DNA of 61,937 nt, the filler included, from Sphacelaria rigidula (lineage: Eukaryota): the NCBI GenBank assembly GCA_964200075.2. It is 3 parts of 3 records of this genome, joined end to end, with 100 filler letters (N's around TTAATTAATTAA, not from the genome) between each part and the next. Parts side by side here need not be neighbours in the genome. Positions count along the whole stretch, not along the records: positions 20,691 to 41,270 come from CAXNAA020000515.1; 2 more parts are not named here. The stretch is one strand, 5' to 3'. Below, one piece after another: positions 26,391-38,796 of this stretch. Each line of letters starts with the position of its first letter. Positions within the stretch are counted from its first letter, which is position 1. Under the pieces are notes generated by a model. That model did no database searches, was not told the DNA's origin, and was given only the letters and a program-made list of their open reading frames with translations. The position numbers and the translations under genes are program-made.

Positions 26391-29273
26391 CACAGCTTCC
26401 GGAGCTGTCTGGAACTTGATGTCCCAAAACACCCCGACGTAGTTGTAGGTCCTCTGGTTCGTTGACTCGTGCAATCTCGTTCGACCTTTATGCCCTTTAT
26501 CAATTGTTTTGGCTAGGTTATTTCACTTTTGCTTTGGACGTTTGCAGTGGCGTGCTGATGAACCATCCTTGATGAACTCGTGCATAAGCCGTTGGTGGCG
26601 CTCTGCTTGGGTTGTATGTAACGCAGTGCAATGCGGCGGGAAACAACGCAATACCACGAACAGGCAGGACGACAAAGCCTACCTAGTCCATACTTACTCT
26701 TTACTGTTTTGCGTAATTGTGATTGAGGCAATCCGAAAAGAGAGTACAAGCATATCCTGGTGCAGTTGTTTTTTCTATTGAAAACAATGAGGGCACGAAA
26801 CTGTGAAGCAGCGCGGTTGTGTTGTTTCGTACTCGTGGAAAGAAGGGCGTATGTTGCGGTATGGATTTTCTCCCATTTGTGCAAGGCACACTATTTACCA
26901 TATATAAGTCTAGTGACGCGACAAAATGACACCTCAAGTCTCCCCACAAAAGTTTTTTATGGAAGCGCATGCTACGTCTTTGGGGATCATGCCGGAGTTG
27001 ACTCTACACAAGCATGGATGGACACCATGTCATGGCTCGATACTCACCACCTAGGTGGGAAGGTGCCAGTTCAGTGGGCACCGGGGGCTAGCGGACCCAA
27101 ACGTAATCATTAGTATCGAAGCCATTGAGCTCGATTTTACCAAGTGTAGAGTCAGTCACTGCGCCAGTGGTCAGGTGGCATACCGTGAGCCGTGCCGGCT
27201 GCAAGACAACATGTGTTGCATGAAGCTCAGGCTTTCATTTGTGAAGACCAAAGACTCCTCTGAGATAGCAGTCCGTGATAGTGTCGATGCTTCTTGTATT
27301 ATTGGCAACCGGCTGGTAGCTGCTAATCGCGCGTTGAGATAAGTTCCCAAAAAGACTGTGCCCGAGTAGGGGAACACTGTCGAAATCAACCAGACTCAGA
27401 ATGGCTCATGACCTGTCGGGCTAGACAACGCAAGAGTATGACACATGGAATCTACTCGACTGGACAATAACCGATAAATCCGGAACAGAATCATAGAAAT
27501 AAAAATATCAGAAAAGTCTGAAAAAAGAAAATCGAACCGATGTACAGAATGTGTAGTGTCCTGAAATTCCGTGAATATTTCAGAAGGGATGATGGAAAAT
27601 CAGGGGCCAATCATCGAAACGATGATCATACACTGCCATAACTATATCATATTTAAAAAACGTTACTCTTTTCCGGAATTCCGAATTTTTTAGTTTCATT
27701 GGTAGAAACAAGCAGGCTCACCAAGGCATTGAACCACTCCAATAACCAGTGCATGCTTATCACTCGTCTCAGTCAATCGGCAAAATAAAAAACGTACGGC
27801 TGATTCGTCGCGGAAATACAAGTTTCCCGCAATAATCATATACGTTGAAAAAAAAACGAAATACGCATGATACGGACAAGCCAACTCGATTATCGTGACT
27901 AAATTGTCGGCACATGTTTGTGAGAGCAACAACTTGCTAACGACATTTGGGGGATGATCCAGTCGTACAGCATGTGTTTTCTCACACGACGAGATACGAA
28001 AACAACCGGCCGGTTTGTGAGTTTAGGTATCCGTACACGTAAAAAAACCGTAATTGAGTCAATACACAACCATTGGAGCTACTACGTAGTTCCGAGGCGG
28101 ATCGCCCAACACATTTCTGAATCACGACAAATACACGGGAGAGAAAGGGCCAACGCAGTCCACTCCTCACGGTATTTGTCCGTTCGGACTTAAACGAGAC
28201 TGGCTCGCACACAAACTGGAGTAAAAACCACGGCCGGTCGTACCCCCGTCACGTTACTTCGTCCAATCATCCGTGATAAAGACTAAACACCACCGACCGA
28301 TTTCATGGGCGGGTAACCGTACACAAAGAACTGGTGTAAGCATGACAAGAAAAATAGCGAGTGGCGCACTCTGAGCCTGTAGGCTGTACCAATGGTCGAA
28401 TATCGACATGGCGGAATGGTCTGTTCCGGAAGAGCACTGTATCCTATCATGATACGTAATGGTGTTGTATGAGGAGAAGTTTGCAACCAAATATATATAA
28501 CTACTTCAATGACAGTTCCTCAACATCGTTACGTACGACGCGATCAGTGGTGACCCCGTTGTATCTTACCAATCACCAAAATATAAATCACCCGCTGCGT
28601 CGCATCACACGTGACCCTTCCTATAAACGAGGTCGGTCGCACGTGTGCAGGACTCGCGGAAAAAGTAGGCCAAGTGTTCTAGACTGCGGAAAGGAACGTT
28701 GGGACATCACTGCGAAAATCCTCACATAGACGCAAAAACCAAAACCAAAACAAATACAAAACCAGGGGTACGCTTGGCAACAGCGAAAACAAAATAAACG
28801 TAAGATGAAGCAGAAAAATAACACGTGCCGACCGTCCCTGTAAATGGAAGCGGTTATCGCGTATACGAAGCAAGTAGGGTCAAGTGTTTCAGCCAAGAAG
28901 GTCGAAACATTCCGGACTCTCGACTTCTGTTAGTATCGCCCATAGTAACATAAAACCCAACGTGGAACGCACATAAAAGAAGACACGTCACGACCGATCC
29001 CGGAGAAGGAGGCGTTATTGGTGACGAAGCGATATGACAAGAGCGCAAATATTCCAGACGGGGGGGTCAGGTATGTCTAGCGCTCGCTCCGGAAACTATC
29101 GACCGACAAGACAAACAACAAAAAGAAGACAGCATAATAAACAAAACAAGACAAAAAGTGTGTACAACGAAGAAAGGAAAGAAAAATAACTCATGGCAAC
29201 TGTTCCAGTATACGGAATGGTCGCGAGTGTACGGCGCAGAGGACGAAGGTTTAAGTATTCCAGACTCGGGTCA

Positions 29274-29555
29274 TGTAGCGTTCAGTATGAAAGCGGTGTT
29301 TGCGGAGGCGTGTACGAATGGTGATAATGTGGGACGTACGTACAGAAAAATGGTAAGTTGTCTGCCCTTGTTTTTCAGCTGCAGTGACGCTGCCAGTAGA
29401 AAAGTTGGCCATCGCACCTAGGTTGCCGCACACACGAGTACAGATATTATCACCAGCAACGAGTAGCCTTCATCTAGCAGCGGCCTACTGGTATAAGCAG
29501 CACAAGTACGGAGAAGTAGGCAAGAACTAGCGCGCTTCGCAGAAGATCGATCGAC
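29274..29555 (+). repeat. Split direct repeat A1
   Basis: TGTAGCGTTCAGTATGAAAGC...GAAGATCGATCGAC; matches 35843-36124 with about 14 substitutions and no indels. Confidence 0.95.
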
Positions 29556-29632
29556 GTTTACATCATGTCTAGCATAGGCGGGGGCGTGGCTCAAGCAGGC
29601 GGAGATGAAATCTCGCACCACATGGAGACGGC

Positions 29633-30999
29633 ATGGCTGGAGGGGGGGGCGGGAGACCTCCCATAGACGGCGGCGGGAGCCAAGCACACCAAGGCGGCGA
29701 GGTGGTGGCAGGGCAGAACAACCCACACGCGGCAGCAGCAGCAGCAGTCGACCAACCCCAGGGCATACTGCAAGCACCCGTGATGCCGCAGCAGGTGTTT
29801 CAGGAGCACATGCTGGCCGCATTGGCCCAGTTGACCAATCGCCTGCAGACGGTCGAGAATAACCAGCAGCCGCAGCCGCTACAACTCCCGCAGGCACCCC
29901 CACAACAACCACCGCTACCGATCGGGAACGGGTGACAATAACACCACAACCGCAGGTTTCAGCAGCTAGCGCGCAAGCGGCGGCACAACGGACCGCAGCT
30001 GAACAGGCGGGTATAAAAGCAAATGCAAAACGTGCGGTCGACTCGTGGCGGGCTACCACGGGGCCTATGTTTTTACTCCTGAGGGGGGGCTTTGACGTGA
30101 GTGAAGATCTCACTTTCCACCTACAACAACTCACGCTCAAGAAGGTGGCTCACGTTACGCACGCGTCCGCCAACCAGCTGCAAACCCTGGCCAATTTCAA
30201 GACAATGGACTTCAAAAGACCGGTGCCACCAGGCTCGAGCTCCATAGATATGCCGGCTGATGTGCATTTTCACACGTTTATCGCGTCTCTGTTCCCAGTT
30301 TTGCTCACCCCCATGGAGCACGCTCCCGAGTCATGCAAGACACGCACGCGCGCCCTTCAGTCGGAGTTTGAATCAGTAGCTAACCAAGTAAGGGAGTATA
30401 CAGATTATTACTTCACATCACTGTACCCACATAGAACGACGTTCCGCGCCACGCTTCTAACAGCCGTGGACACCGGCATAGAGAAGTTCTTTTACCGGGT
30501 GGCACTTCAGGCACAACAGCTCCGGAGGACATACCCGGCCGTCGTTCCGCCGTCGATGACGGGGTAGCCGGCAGCGGCGCTGGGTTTTACAAAACTAGAA
30601 GCCCTCGTCACCGAGGACGGGAGTAACTGCCTCGTCGAGAAGTCTGTATTCTGGCCGGTCGGTGAGGTAAAACCCAACAAAAAGCGAAAAGCGACGTCGT
30701 AGGCCGGCCCCGCAGCTCCCCCTTCTTCTTCGAGCAACACCACGCCGGCGGGACCCCCATCGACCTTGGTGCAGAGAAAGGTCCAGTGGCAGACTCCAAA
30801 GGATGTTTGCGTTTACCACTGGCAAACCCAACCGTGCACGCGAAGTAACTGCCGGTTCTCACACGATATCGTGTCCCCACTGTCATCCGGGCAAGCGCAG
30901 GTTACGCCGACGCCGACAGCGCCGGTGCCGCCCCAGACACCACCACCTCCCCCGCCCCCGCAGCCTCCGCCAACCCCGGCGCAGCATGCACAAACTTAG
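29633..30999 (+). pseudogene. gag-like ORF1 of the YR retrotransposon, with CCCH finger
   Basis: ORF 29633-29935, a frameshift, then 29932-30567 and 30766-30999 in one frame with internal stops. Q/P-rich; motif CVYHWQTQPCTRSNCRFSH. Confidence 0.7.
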
Positions 31000-31566
31000 G
31001 TGCAACAACTGCTAGCTCACCAGCACCAGCAATCGGCGTCCCCCAGCACCAGTAGCACGTTACTCACACAGCTACGGAGGGCGCGGCGGGGGAAGGGGGG
31101 GTAGCGCCGCCGGCGGGAGAGGAAACGGGAGCGGACAAGGGCGCGGGCTCTGCCCACCGGCAGGACCGATATTGACAGGAGAAGCAGGTAGCGACGTGAA
31201 CACGATGTTTGCGGACGCCTCTAGGTCCGTGGGGCTTATCGGGGCACCTTCACCTGGGTCGGTCCCAGCGACCGTGTTTCATGGTGAGAGACGTAGAGAG
31301 AAGACAGAGGTAGCGGTGCCTTGCGGCCGGGGTTGTGAACACATGGGGAATCAGGGTTACGAAGGAAACGGGGTATCAGTGTGCCCTCGGCAGTTTGTCA
31401 CGTCAGTTCACTCAGGACATGATCGCGTAACCCACCAGATAGCAAAAACCCATTTAGTGTCGCTCCCACAGGCGTCGCAACACCGACAACAGTAACCCCT
31501 GGCACATTAGAACAGGCCACGCCAGTTTTTCATGTAGCGGGGAGCAGTTACACCGTTCATGAACGT

Positions 31567-32025
31567 GGGCCAGTTACCCCTTCAGTGACCGTGGGACCAG
31601 TTACCCCTTCAGTGACCATGGGTCCAGTTACCTCTTCAGTGACCGTGGGGCCAGTTACCCCTTCAGTGACCATGGGGCCAGTTACCCCTTAAGTGATCAT
31701 GGGGCCAGCTACCCCTTCAGTGACCGTGGGGTCAGTTACCCCTTCAGTGACCATGGGGCTGGTTACCCCTGGAACGATCATGGGGTCAGTTACCCCAGCA
31801 GCAACCGTGGGGTCAGTTACCCCTTCAGTGACCGTGGGGCCAGTTACCCCAGTAGTGATCATGGGGCGAGTTGCCCCATTACTAACTATGGGGCGAGTTA
31901 CCTCTCCAGTGAACACGAGGATAGTTACTCCACCAGTGATCGTAGGATCAGCTACCATCTCAGCGAACACAGGGCCAGTTATCCTTCCGGCGAACCAGGG
32001 GCCAGTTACCCCGCTAGTAATTCCT
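31567..32025 (+). repeat. 27-bp minisatellite, ~17 units, reading GPVTPSVT(V/M)
   Basis: Consensus GGGCCAGTTACCCCTTCAGTGACC(G/A)TG at an exact 27-nt period, degenerating towards the 3' end. Confidence 0.95.
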
Positions 32026-32117
32026 CAACGGATCAAGGAGCCAATAGTTCCGCGTCCAGCGTAGGGCCGAAAACAGGCGTATCATCTGTTGGTTTTCAGT
32101 CTAGCGGGTCGGCGGCG

Positions 32118-33310
32118 GTGCCGCCCCCTAACGGTGGAGATGAGTCGGGACAATCTGACGCTGAACTAGTAGCACTGTGGTACTCAGAAAAAGGAGAGTT
32201 GGAAAAATCACGTATCACGGCCAAGAAAAAGGAAAGCATATTGTACAGACTCGCAAATACCTGCATGCGCATCACAGAAGAACACGGTGGACGCATTGGG
32301 GATGTCGCGAGGTCTATCGGGGGAACGCTAGTCACGCTGCCGGTAGACCCGCACGAGATCAGGAAGTATTTCGGGGAGAGAAAGGGCTTCCCGCAGACAG
32401 ACGAACTCGTTACTATTGTATCCACAGGTGTTCCCGTCGGCGCGGTAGTCATTGCATCCCCCACGCAAGAGAACCTCGACTGCGCACTACAGTATGGCAA
32501 CCACAGTAGCGCCCACGATCAACTACCAAAAAATTGGGAAAAACTAGGAGACGATGTACGCAGGGGAAAGTGTTTGATAGTCGAAACGTCGGCCACCCGA
32601 AAAATCCCGAACCTGCGGTTGTCCCCCCTGGGAGCAGTAGCCACACACAAAGTCCGCATAATCAACGATTTGTCTTTCGACGCGCAACGCACTCGGAAAA
32701 GAAAATGAGGGTTGAACGGCGACACAAACCCTGAAGACGTGCCGGCCTGTTCATGCAGAGAAGCGCTGCAGAAGTTCCTCAAAGGGCTCATTTCGTTGCG
32801 AAAAAAATACCCCAAAAAACGGATACTAATGGCAAAGGCAAATGTATCGGATGCGTTCCGTAATGTAAGGATAGATTCAGACCACGCCCATCAATTCGGC
32901 GGCAGAACACGCCCACTGCAACACGAACATTGACAACGCGGTTTTACTGCCAGAAGGCAACGAGATGACAGCTCACGTAAAGATAGTCATAGGTGGGAAA
33001 CGGGCGACCCCACCCCTGTTCCATAAAATTCTACGACCACCCCACACCCAGCAGGAGGCTTACATGATAATTTCTTCACGTCAGTGTACGTAGACGACTA
33101 CCTGCAGATTTGCGTACAGCACTCCGATGACGACACGAGCGCTTTGATCGCGTCCGCATCCCTCGCATCCGATCACGTCAGACTCTTCGGGAACGGAGAA
33201 GAAGGCGAGGACCTATTCCAGACCCCTAAAAGAGTACAGATTGGGATACCGAGATAAAGGCGTAGGGCCTGACCATTAACTCGCACACTATGCAGGTTTC
33301 CGTATCCCGC
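32118..33310 (+). pseudogene. Reverse transcriptase of the YR retrotransposon (disrupted)
   Basis: LRLSPLGAV..KVRIINDLSF and MAKANVSDAFRNV, with YVDD at 33087-33098. Stops, frameshifts and an apparent internal deletion are present. Confidence 0.88.
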
Positions 33311-33337
33311 TAGAAGGTTGAGGCGCTCCGACAGACG

Positions 33338-34231
33338 TTGCTAACCGAGTGGCCCCCTACTCGACGTTCAGCAACTGCTAGAGAGACATTGAGCCTGGCA
33401 GGAAAGCCGTGGAACCTCACTTACGCAATGCGACCAGGAAAGTATGTCGTCTGGAGGACTCTGCGACTTGCGGGGCTCCACGGTTCTAGCGCGAGAGACA
33501 ACCAGAGCCGCATGGTAGAGGTAGGGAAAGAATTTCACGCCGACCTAAATTTTTGGAAGTGGGCGATCGAGGAAAAACTCCTGCAGCATGGTGAGTCTCT
33601 GAGTGCACCCTGCTACTCCATAGTAAAGCGACCTGCCCACCGACACTACCTCTCGGACGCAAGCTTCGAAGCCGTAGGCGGCTACTGCCCAGAAAAAAAA
33701 ACACACTGGAGATACGACTTACCACCGGAACTTACCACAGAACTCAAAAGAAAAGCTCAACTTCGCGAAACATGCACGATCACCATTAACATCTTGGAAC
33801 TTCTGGGGATGGTAGTCACCGCTTGGGTCATGCTCGAATTGGTAAACGACAAACCCGAAAATCAGGGCGACCCAATCTTAATGCGCGGGAGCAACGTAGC
33901 GGCAGTCACGTGGGTCGACCGGTGCGGGGATGCAAAGGATAAACGCGCAGGGTTACTCATGAGAACCCTCGGGAGGCTGGAAATCACGGGAAGGTGGAGC
34001 CACGAGGCAAATTACATTCAAGGGATTCAAAACGTACTAGCGGATGGAATTTCACGCTGGCCACGGGCGGAGCCAAACAGACGAGTAAAGGAGCACACCC
34101 ACGACAATAACTGGTCAGAACAAGCCATCGGCCCACGGGGAGAGAGCATCTTCCACACCATTCTAAAAACGAAGAATATCACCGTCCGACACGAGAAAAC
34201 GCTGTGGTCGCGCATGATGGAACCGAGTTGA
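33338..34231 (+). pseudogene. DIRS-type RNase H region
   Basis: Motifs YLSDAS..GG, INILELLG, LMRGSN (degenerate DN) and NVLADGISR. Confidence 0.88.
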
Positions 34232-34505
34232 CGATGTAATACTCGAACAACGAACCAAAAATACCATCATCAAAAACAACCACAACCCAGGTATGAACAT
34301 ACATAGCTATATATAGTTGTACTCAGTCACCTACAGTACATATGTAAATGACTGCCACTCTCCGTACGACAGAGACGGTCATGGGGTCACTGGATAAGAC
34401 ATCACGCCACCCTTCAACCTCAGCCCCACCCCCCCTCTGAACGCAGGAACAGGAGAAATCGGGGGGCACAGCAGGGGGGAAGTAGCGCGTTTAGTTCAAG
34501 CGCTG

Positions 34506-35532
34506 GTGCTGGGGGGCGTTGGGGGTAGCACCTACAAGACGTATAAAGCGCGTTTTGACGCGTGGGAAAAGATGCGCTATGCACAGGGAAAATCGCCCTG
34601 GATGACTGAAAACGATGAACCGGACGACGTGATCAATGCACTGACGGAGTCCATGGCTATGCGATGTTTCGTATACGACAACCAACAATCCACCATAAGA
34701 GGTTACCTCGCCGCTATCAAGTATTTTCACAAAGTGTATGTCGGATGGGACTTACCTACAACGCACGACAGGGTTAGGGCTGTAGGAAAAGGGATTGATA
34801 GAGCTCCCGCATCGACTCAAGGAAAACCGCACATCAGGCGGCCGTTGACTTGGGCCTTACTAAAACGAGGGCGACAGACAATAACTGAGGACCCGGATGG
34901 GGGTCATGTCATGTGGCTTGGTCTCGCGCTCGTTTGTTTTGCTGTGCAGGGCATCCGAGTTGTGGGCGTAACCCGACGGTACCGTCCATCCAGCATTCTG
35001 CTTAACCCGCACTTGCATCAGTTTTTTCCGGGAAGACGTACAGTCAGATTTCGCGAACCGCGCGTTTGCGAACCAAGTGAAGGTTCACTTCGTTGCCTCC
35101 AAATCCGATCAAAAAGAGACAGGTTGCATCATTATTACGAGAACGAGGATTATTGATTCGATGCGATCGGGCGGAGTACCGGCGGGCGCGTTCGAGGTGC
35201 TGTTGGACTTGTTGGACGTGCACCCACAACTGCCAGGCCACGCACCTCTGACCGCGAGAGTCACGCCGACGGGATGGAAGGCATTTACTCTGATTGAAGC
35301 AGTGATAGCGTTAAGAACCATGGTCAGCCGCGCGGGCAGAGACCCACCCAAATACGCTTTACACTCAGGCAGGGTTGGTGGGGCCACGCAACTCGCAGCT
35401 CGAGGAATCTCCGAACTACAGATTCAACGAGCAGGACGGTGGAAGTCGAGGGCGTTTATGGTTCATGCCAGGGAGGCGGGGCAAGGCGCAGAGGGCGTCT
35501 CCGTCGCGCTAGGGGAACAGCGAGTAGGGTAG
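34506..35532 (+). pseudogene. Tyrosine recombinase (disrupted)
   Basis: STIRGYLAAIKYFH; LLCRASE in a shifted frame near 34940; SKSDQ; HSGRVGGAT; GRWKS.AFMVH, where the expected catalytic Tyr reads His. Confidence 0.9.
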
Positions 35533-35592
35533 CCAGATGTTCAAGGTTAGGGCCTAACAAGATACTCGACTGTCAATCAGGCTCGTCTAATC

Positions 35593-35842
35593 GGGGGGGG
35601 GGTGGATAGCTCCACAGGGGATAGTAATAACATAATCGTCAGCGTCGATTTTCGGGTTAACCTGATTAATAGTATGTAGTGGTTGATGAGTTGATGGGGA
35701 CAAAACTGCGCCGAGTGCATACCGCATTGAGTTCGATTTGGGTTGGTTGCAGGTATTTTAATTTGTGGTAATTCTAGTGGGACCCTGCCGTACGTAGAAA
35801 CGGGACAACACATAATACCAGAATTCTTGAGCCGAAGCAAAA
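35593..35842 (+). repeat. Split direct repeat B1
   Basis: GGTGGATAGCTCC...GAATTCTTGAGCCGAAGCAAAA; matches 36219-36544 and abuts A2. Confidence 0.92.
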
Positions 35843-36124
35843 TGTAGCGTTCAGTATGAAAGCGGTGTTTGCGGAGGCGTGTACGAATGGTGACAGTGTG
35901 GGACGTACGTACAGAAAATTGGTTCGTTGTCTGTCCTTGTTTCTCAGCTGCAGTGCCGCTGCCAGTAGAAAAGTTAGCCATCGCACCTAGGTTGCCGCAC
36001 ACACGAGTACAGATATTATCACCAGCAACGAGTAGCCTTCACCAAGCAGCGGCCTACGGGTATAAGCAGCACAAGTAGGGAGAAGTAGGCAAAAACTAGC
36101 GCGCTTCGCAGAAGATCGATCGAC
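35843..36124 (+). repeat. Split direct repeat A2
   Basis: Second copy of A1. Confidence 0.95.
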
Positions 36125-36218
36125 TTTCTCACCCGCCGCCCCGTCGCTCAAGGAAGGGTGGAACCAGGGTGCAAAAAGTGGATAGGTGGCTGTGCGGAGT
36201 AGTACTACCGTAACAGTA

Positions 36219-36544
36219 GGGGGAGAGGTGGATAGCTCCGCAGGGGACAGTAATAACATAATCGTCAACGTCGATTTTCGGGTTAGCCTGATTAATAGTA
36301 TGTAGTGTGACCCCGGCTGATGCACCCACAAATACCGAAAGGTGTAGATTGGTGCCCAGAATAAATGGGACGACAACACAGTGGTTGATGAGTTGATGGG
36401 GACAAAAATGCACCGAGTGCATACCGCATTGAGTTCGATTTGTTTTGGTTGCAGGTATTTTAATTTGTGGTAATTCTAGTGGAACACTACCGTACGTACA
36501 AACGGGACAACACAGAATACCAGAATTCTTGAGCCGAAACAAAA
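36219..36544 (+). repeat. Split direct repeat B2 (contains a 76-bp insertion)
   Basis: Second copy of B1, with extra sequence between the AGTG copies at 36304-36307 and 36380-36383. Confidence 0.92.
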
Positions 36545-37198
36545 CGAATGTTTGTGGAACGGTCGTCACATAACGGTCATCACGTAATACTTCGACATAT
36601 GAACCCCCAGTAATAACACACACAAATACATATGCAAGGTCCCCCTTCGGGAGGTTGGTACTGGCCTCCAGGGGGTGACGCAAGTCGAAAATATATCAGT
36701 GTTATTCCATTTCCATATTATGGAGGTATTTGTGCATGTACCTTCCAGTAGCTACTGTCATATTCCGCAGTTTCAATTGTCTCAGACCAAGACTGGAGAT
36801 CATCACGGCAAGAGGGGTGGGCACTTCCAGCATGAAAAGCTCGCTTCACGGGCGGTGTGCGGAGTTGGAGAAGGCACCATCACGCACGAGACCCGTCACG
36901 GCACACATCGCAAGTGATTGCTGCTGAGAAAAGGTCGCGTCCCGGTAGTACACGGCAAACTTGTGCAGGGTTCTCCACAACATGCTGGGCCCACCCCGCG
37001 CGCACGGATTTCAAAGCACACTTGGTAGACCTAAAGAGAATACGTGAACAATGAATAGCACTTGATCTTACTCGATTTCAGAGTGGAGAAAGTACTGAGA
37101 AAATTCATGATTTGGGACAGGTGCGCAGTGGTGAGCAGTAGACCCAGCTCGTCCAGAACGCGTCTTGATCCAAAATTGGCTCAAAGGTGTCGATCTGA

Positions 37199-37641
37199 AA
37201 CACGGGATCTTACAAATTGGGGATGGATCTTTCATTGGGGATGAGAAACCCGGAGAATTAAAATCTTCATATCCACACTTCACCTTCGAAATATGGTTCT
37301 ACTTCTTCACCTACTGATAGCTATTTACAACTGCTAAACGCTGTAGAAATTTGGATTTTGATCACCGAAATGTTGGGGTCCTAGTTGAGAAAAAAATCGG
37401 AACCATTTTAGCGTCCGCTCCGACACCCGGAATTCCCAAAAAATTGCTTTTTCACCTAGGACCCAAAATGTTCGGTTATCAGAATCCAAGTTTTAATAGC
37501 GTGTAGCAGTTGTCAATAGCTATCAGAAGGTGAAGGAGTGGAACCATATTTCGAAGACTTGGTACGGATACGAAGATGTTAATTCTCCGGGTTTCTAATC
37601 CCCAATAAAAGATCCATCCCCAATTTGTAAGATCCCGTGTT
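37199..37641. mobile_element. 443-bp foldback MITE with 4-bp TSD (CTGA)
   Basis: ~200-bp inverted arms begin AACACGGGATCTTACAAATTGGGGATGG. CTGA lies on both sides, and the empty site is near 11370. A fragment of the same family is at positions 1-40. Confidence 0.88.
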
Positions 37642-37752
37642 CTGAGCTCTCGCATCGCACGCTTTACTTGAGAAACACTCTGCACCCCCCTTGCCCGAGG
37701 GTTCTCGGTATGCCTTGGTAGGTGTAAGGGTTAGGATCGGGGCCCTTCTTAA

Positions 37753-37850
37753 ATCTTAGACCACGAGGGCTGTCCATCTGAATCATGCATACTTCTTTCA
37801 AGAGAAATTGATGCCGATTCAACAGTTGACCTATCTTCGCTGTCCAAGGG
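37753..37850. mobile_element. 98-bp TTAA-flanked insertion (piggyBac-like MITE)
   Basis: TTAA at 37749-37752 and 37851-37854. The right end is ...TGTCCAAGGG. It splits the left TIR of the host element. Confidence 0.55.
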
Positions 37851-37910
37851 TTAACGAAAGAGATTATTCCCTTTTTCACAACCCCCTTTTGACAGGGGAT
37901 TGGCCCCATG

Positions 37911-38796
37911 AGGCCCACTTTTATGGCAACGAATCTCGAATGTTTTGGGACCCCGAATTTGAAAAAATCGGGGGGACTCAAATTCGTGGACTCAAAATCG
38001 GGGGGACCGTTTTATGGCACAGACAGTATGATATCACAGATTTGGATTTGTGAAACGGTCTGTACACAGGGGGTTATTTTCTGCATGAGTGTGGTACTGC
38101 GTACTCGGGCATGAAGCCGAAGAGCATGCAGGCAGTAAACAATCCTTCGAGTACAGTGTCGTACCTTAGTACCCTAGGGTAATACCGTGCAGGACACTGC
38201 GTCAATACAGTACATGATAATGCCATGTGGTTGTACATGATAGCACAGCCGGTATTGCGAGAACAGAGAACAAACAGTGCGCGAGCAGAGTTCAGTATTG
38301 CATTGCCGTACATCATCCCTCAAGTACAGCGACAACAGCTAGGAGAGTACAATAGCGTTTGTTATAGTGATACGTATGGCAGCGCAGCGCAACATAAAAT
38401 ATTACTATCGCCGCACGGTACGGCGTCAGCACTCACTATCCGCTTGTCAAACCCCGTGCGAAGTTGCTTCAGCAGCTGCGGCGGGCAGGAGGCACGCCTT
38501 GTGCTGTCACGAGACTGTCTTCTGCTGCCGTTGCAAGAATATCAAACGCCTCGTACTCTAGCATTGTACGTCAATGCATGTACGTCACCTGAAAAAATTC
38601 GGGGGGAGTCACGATCTCGCAACGATTTCCCCAATTTTTTCTCGAAAAATGGGGGGAAACCGTTCCGAGATCGTGACCCTCCCGATTTTTTCGCCCCCGA
38701 TTTGGTCCAAATCCGTGTCCATAAAATGCGTTCCCCAATTTCCCCGCCCCCCGATTTTGAAGAATCGAGAGTCGTGCCTGCCATAAAAGTGGGTCT
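37911..38796. mobile_element. MITE with AG(A/G)CCCACTTTTATGGCA termini (same family as 4907-5381)
   Basis: Inverted termini shared with the 4.9-kb foldback; the interior differs. Confidence 0.65.

Larger units (their letters stand above)
29274..36544 (+). mobile_element. Ngaro/PAT-like tyrosine-recombinase (DIRS-order) retrotransposon with split direct repeats
   Basis: Order is A1, gag, RT, RNase H, YR, B1, A2, B2. The internal B1-A2 junction joins the right-end sequence to the left-end sequence. All ORFs are decayed. Confidence 0.93.

Noticed and set aside
31567-32025. 27-bp array as a CRISPR array
   Set aside because: The units are contiguous with no unique spacers, there are no cas genes, and the context is eukaryotic.
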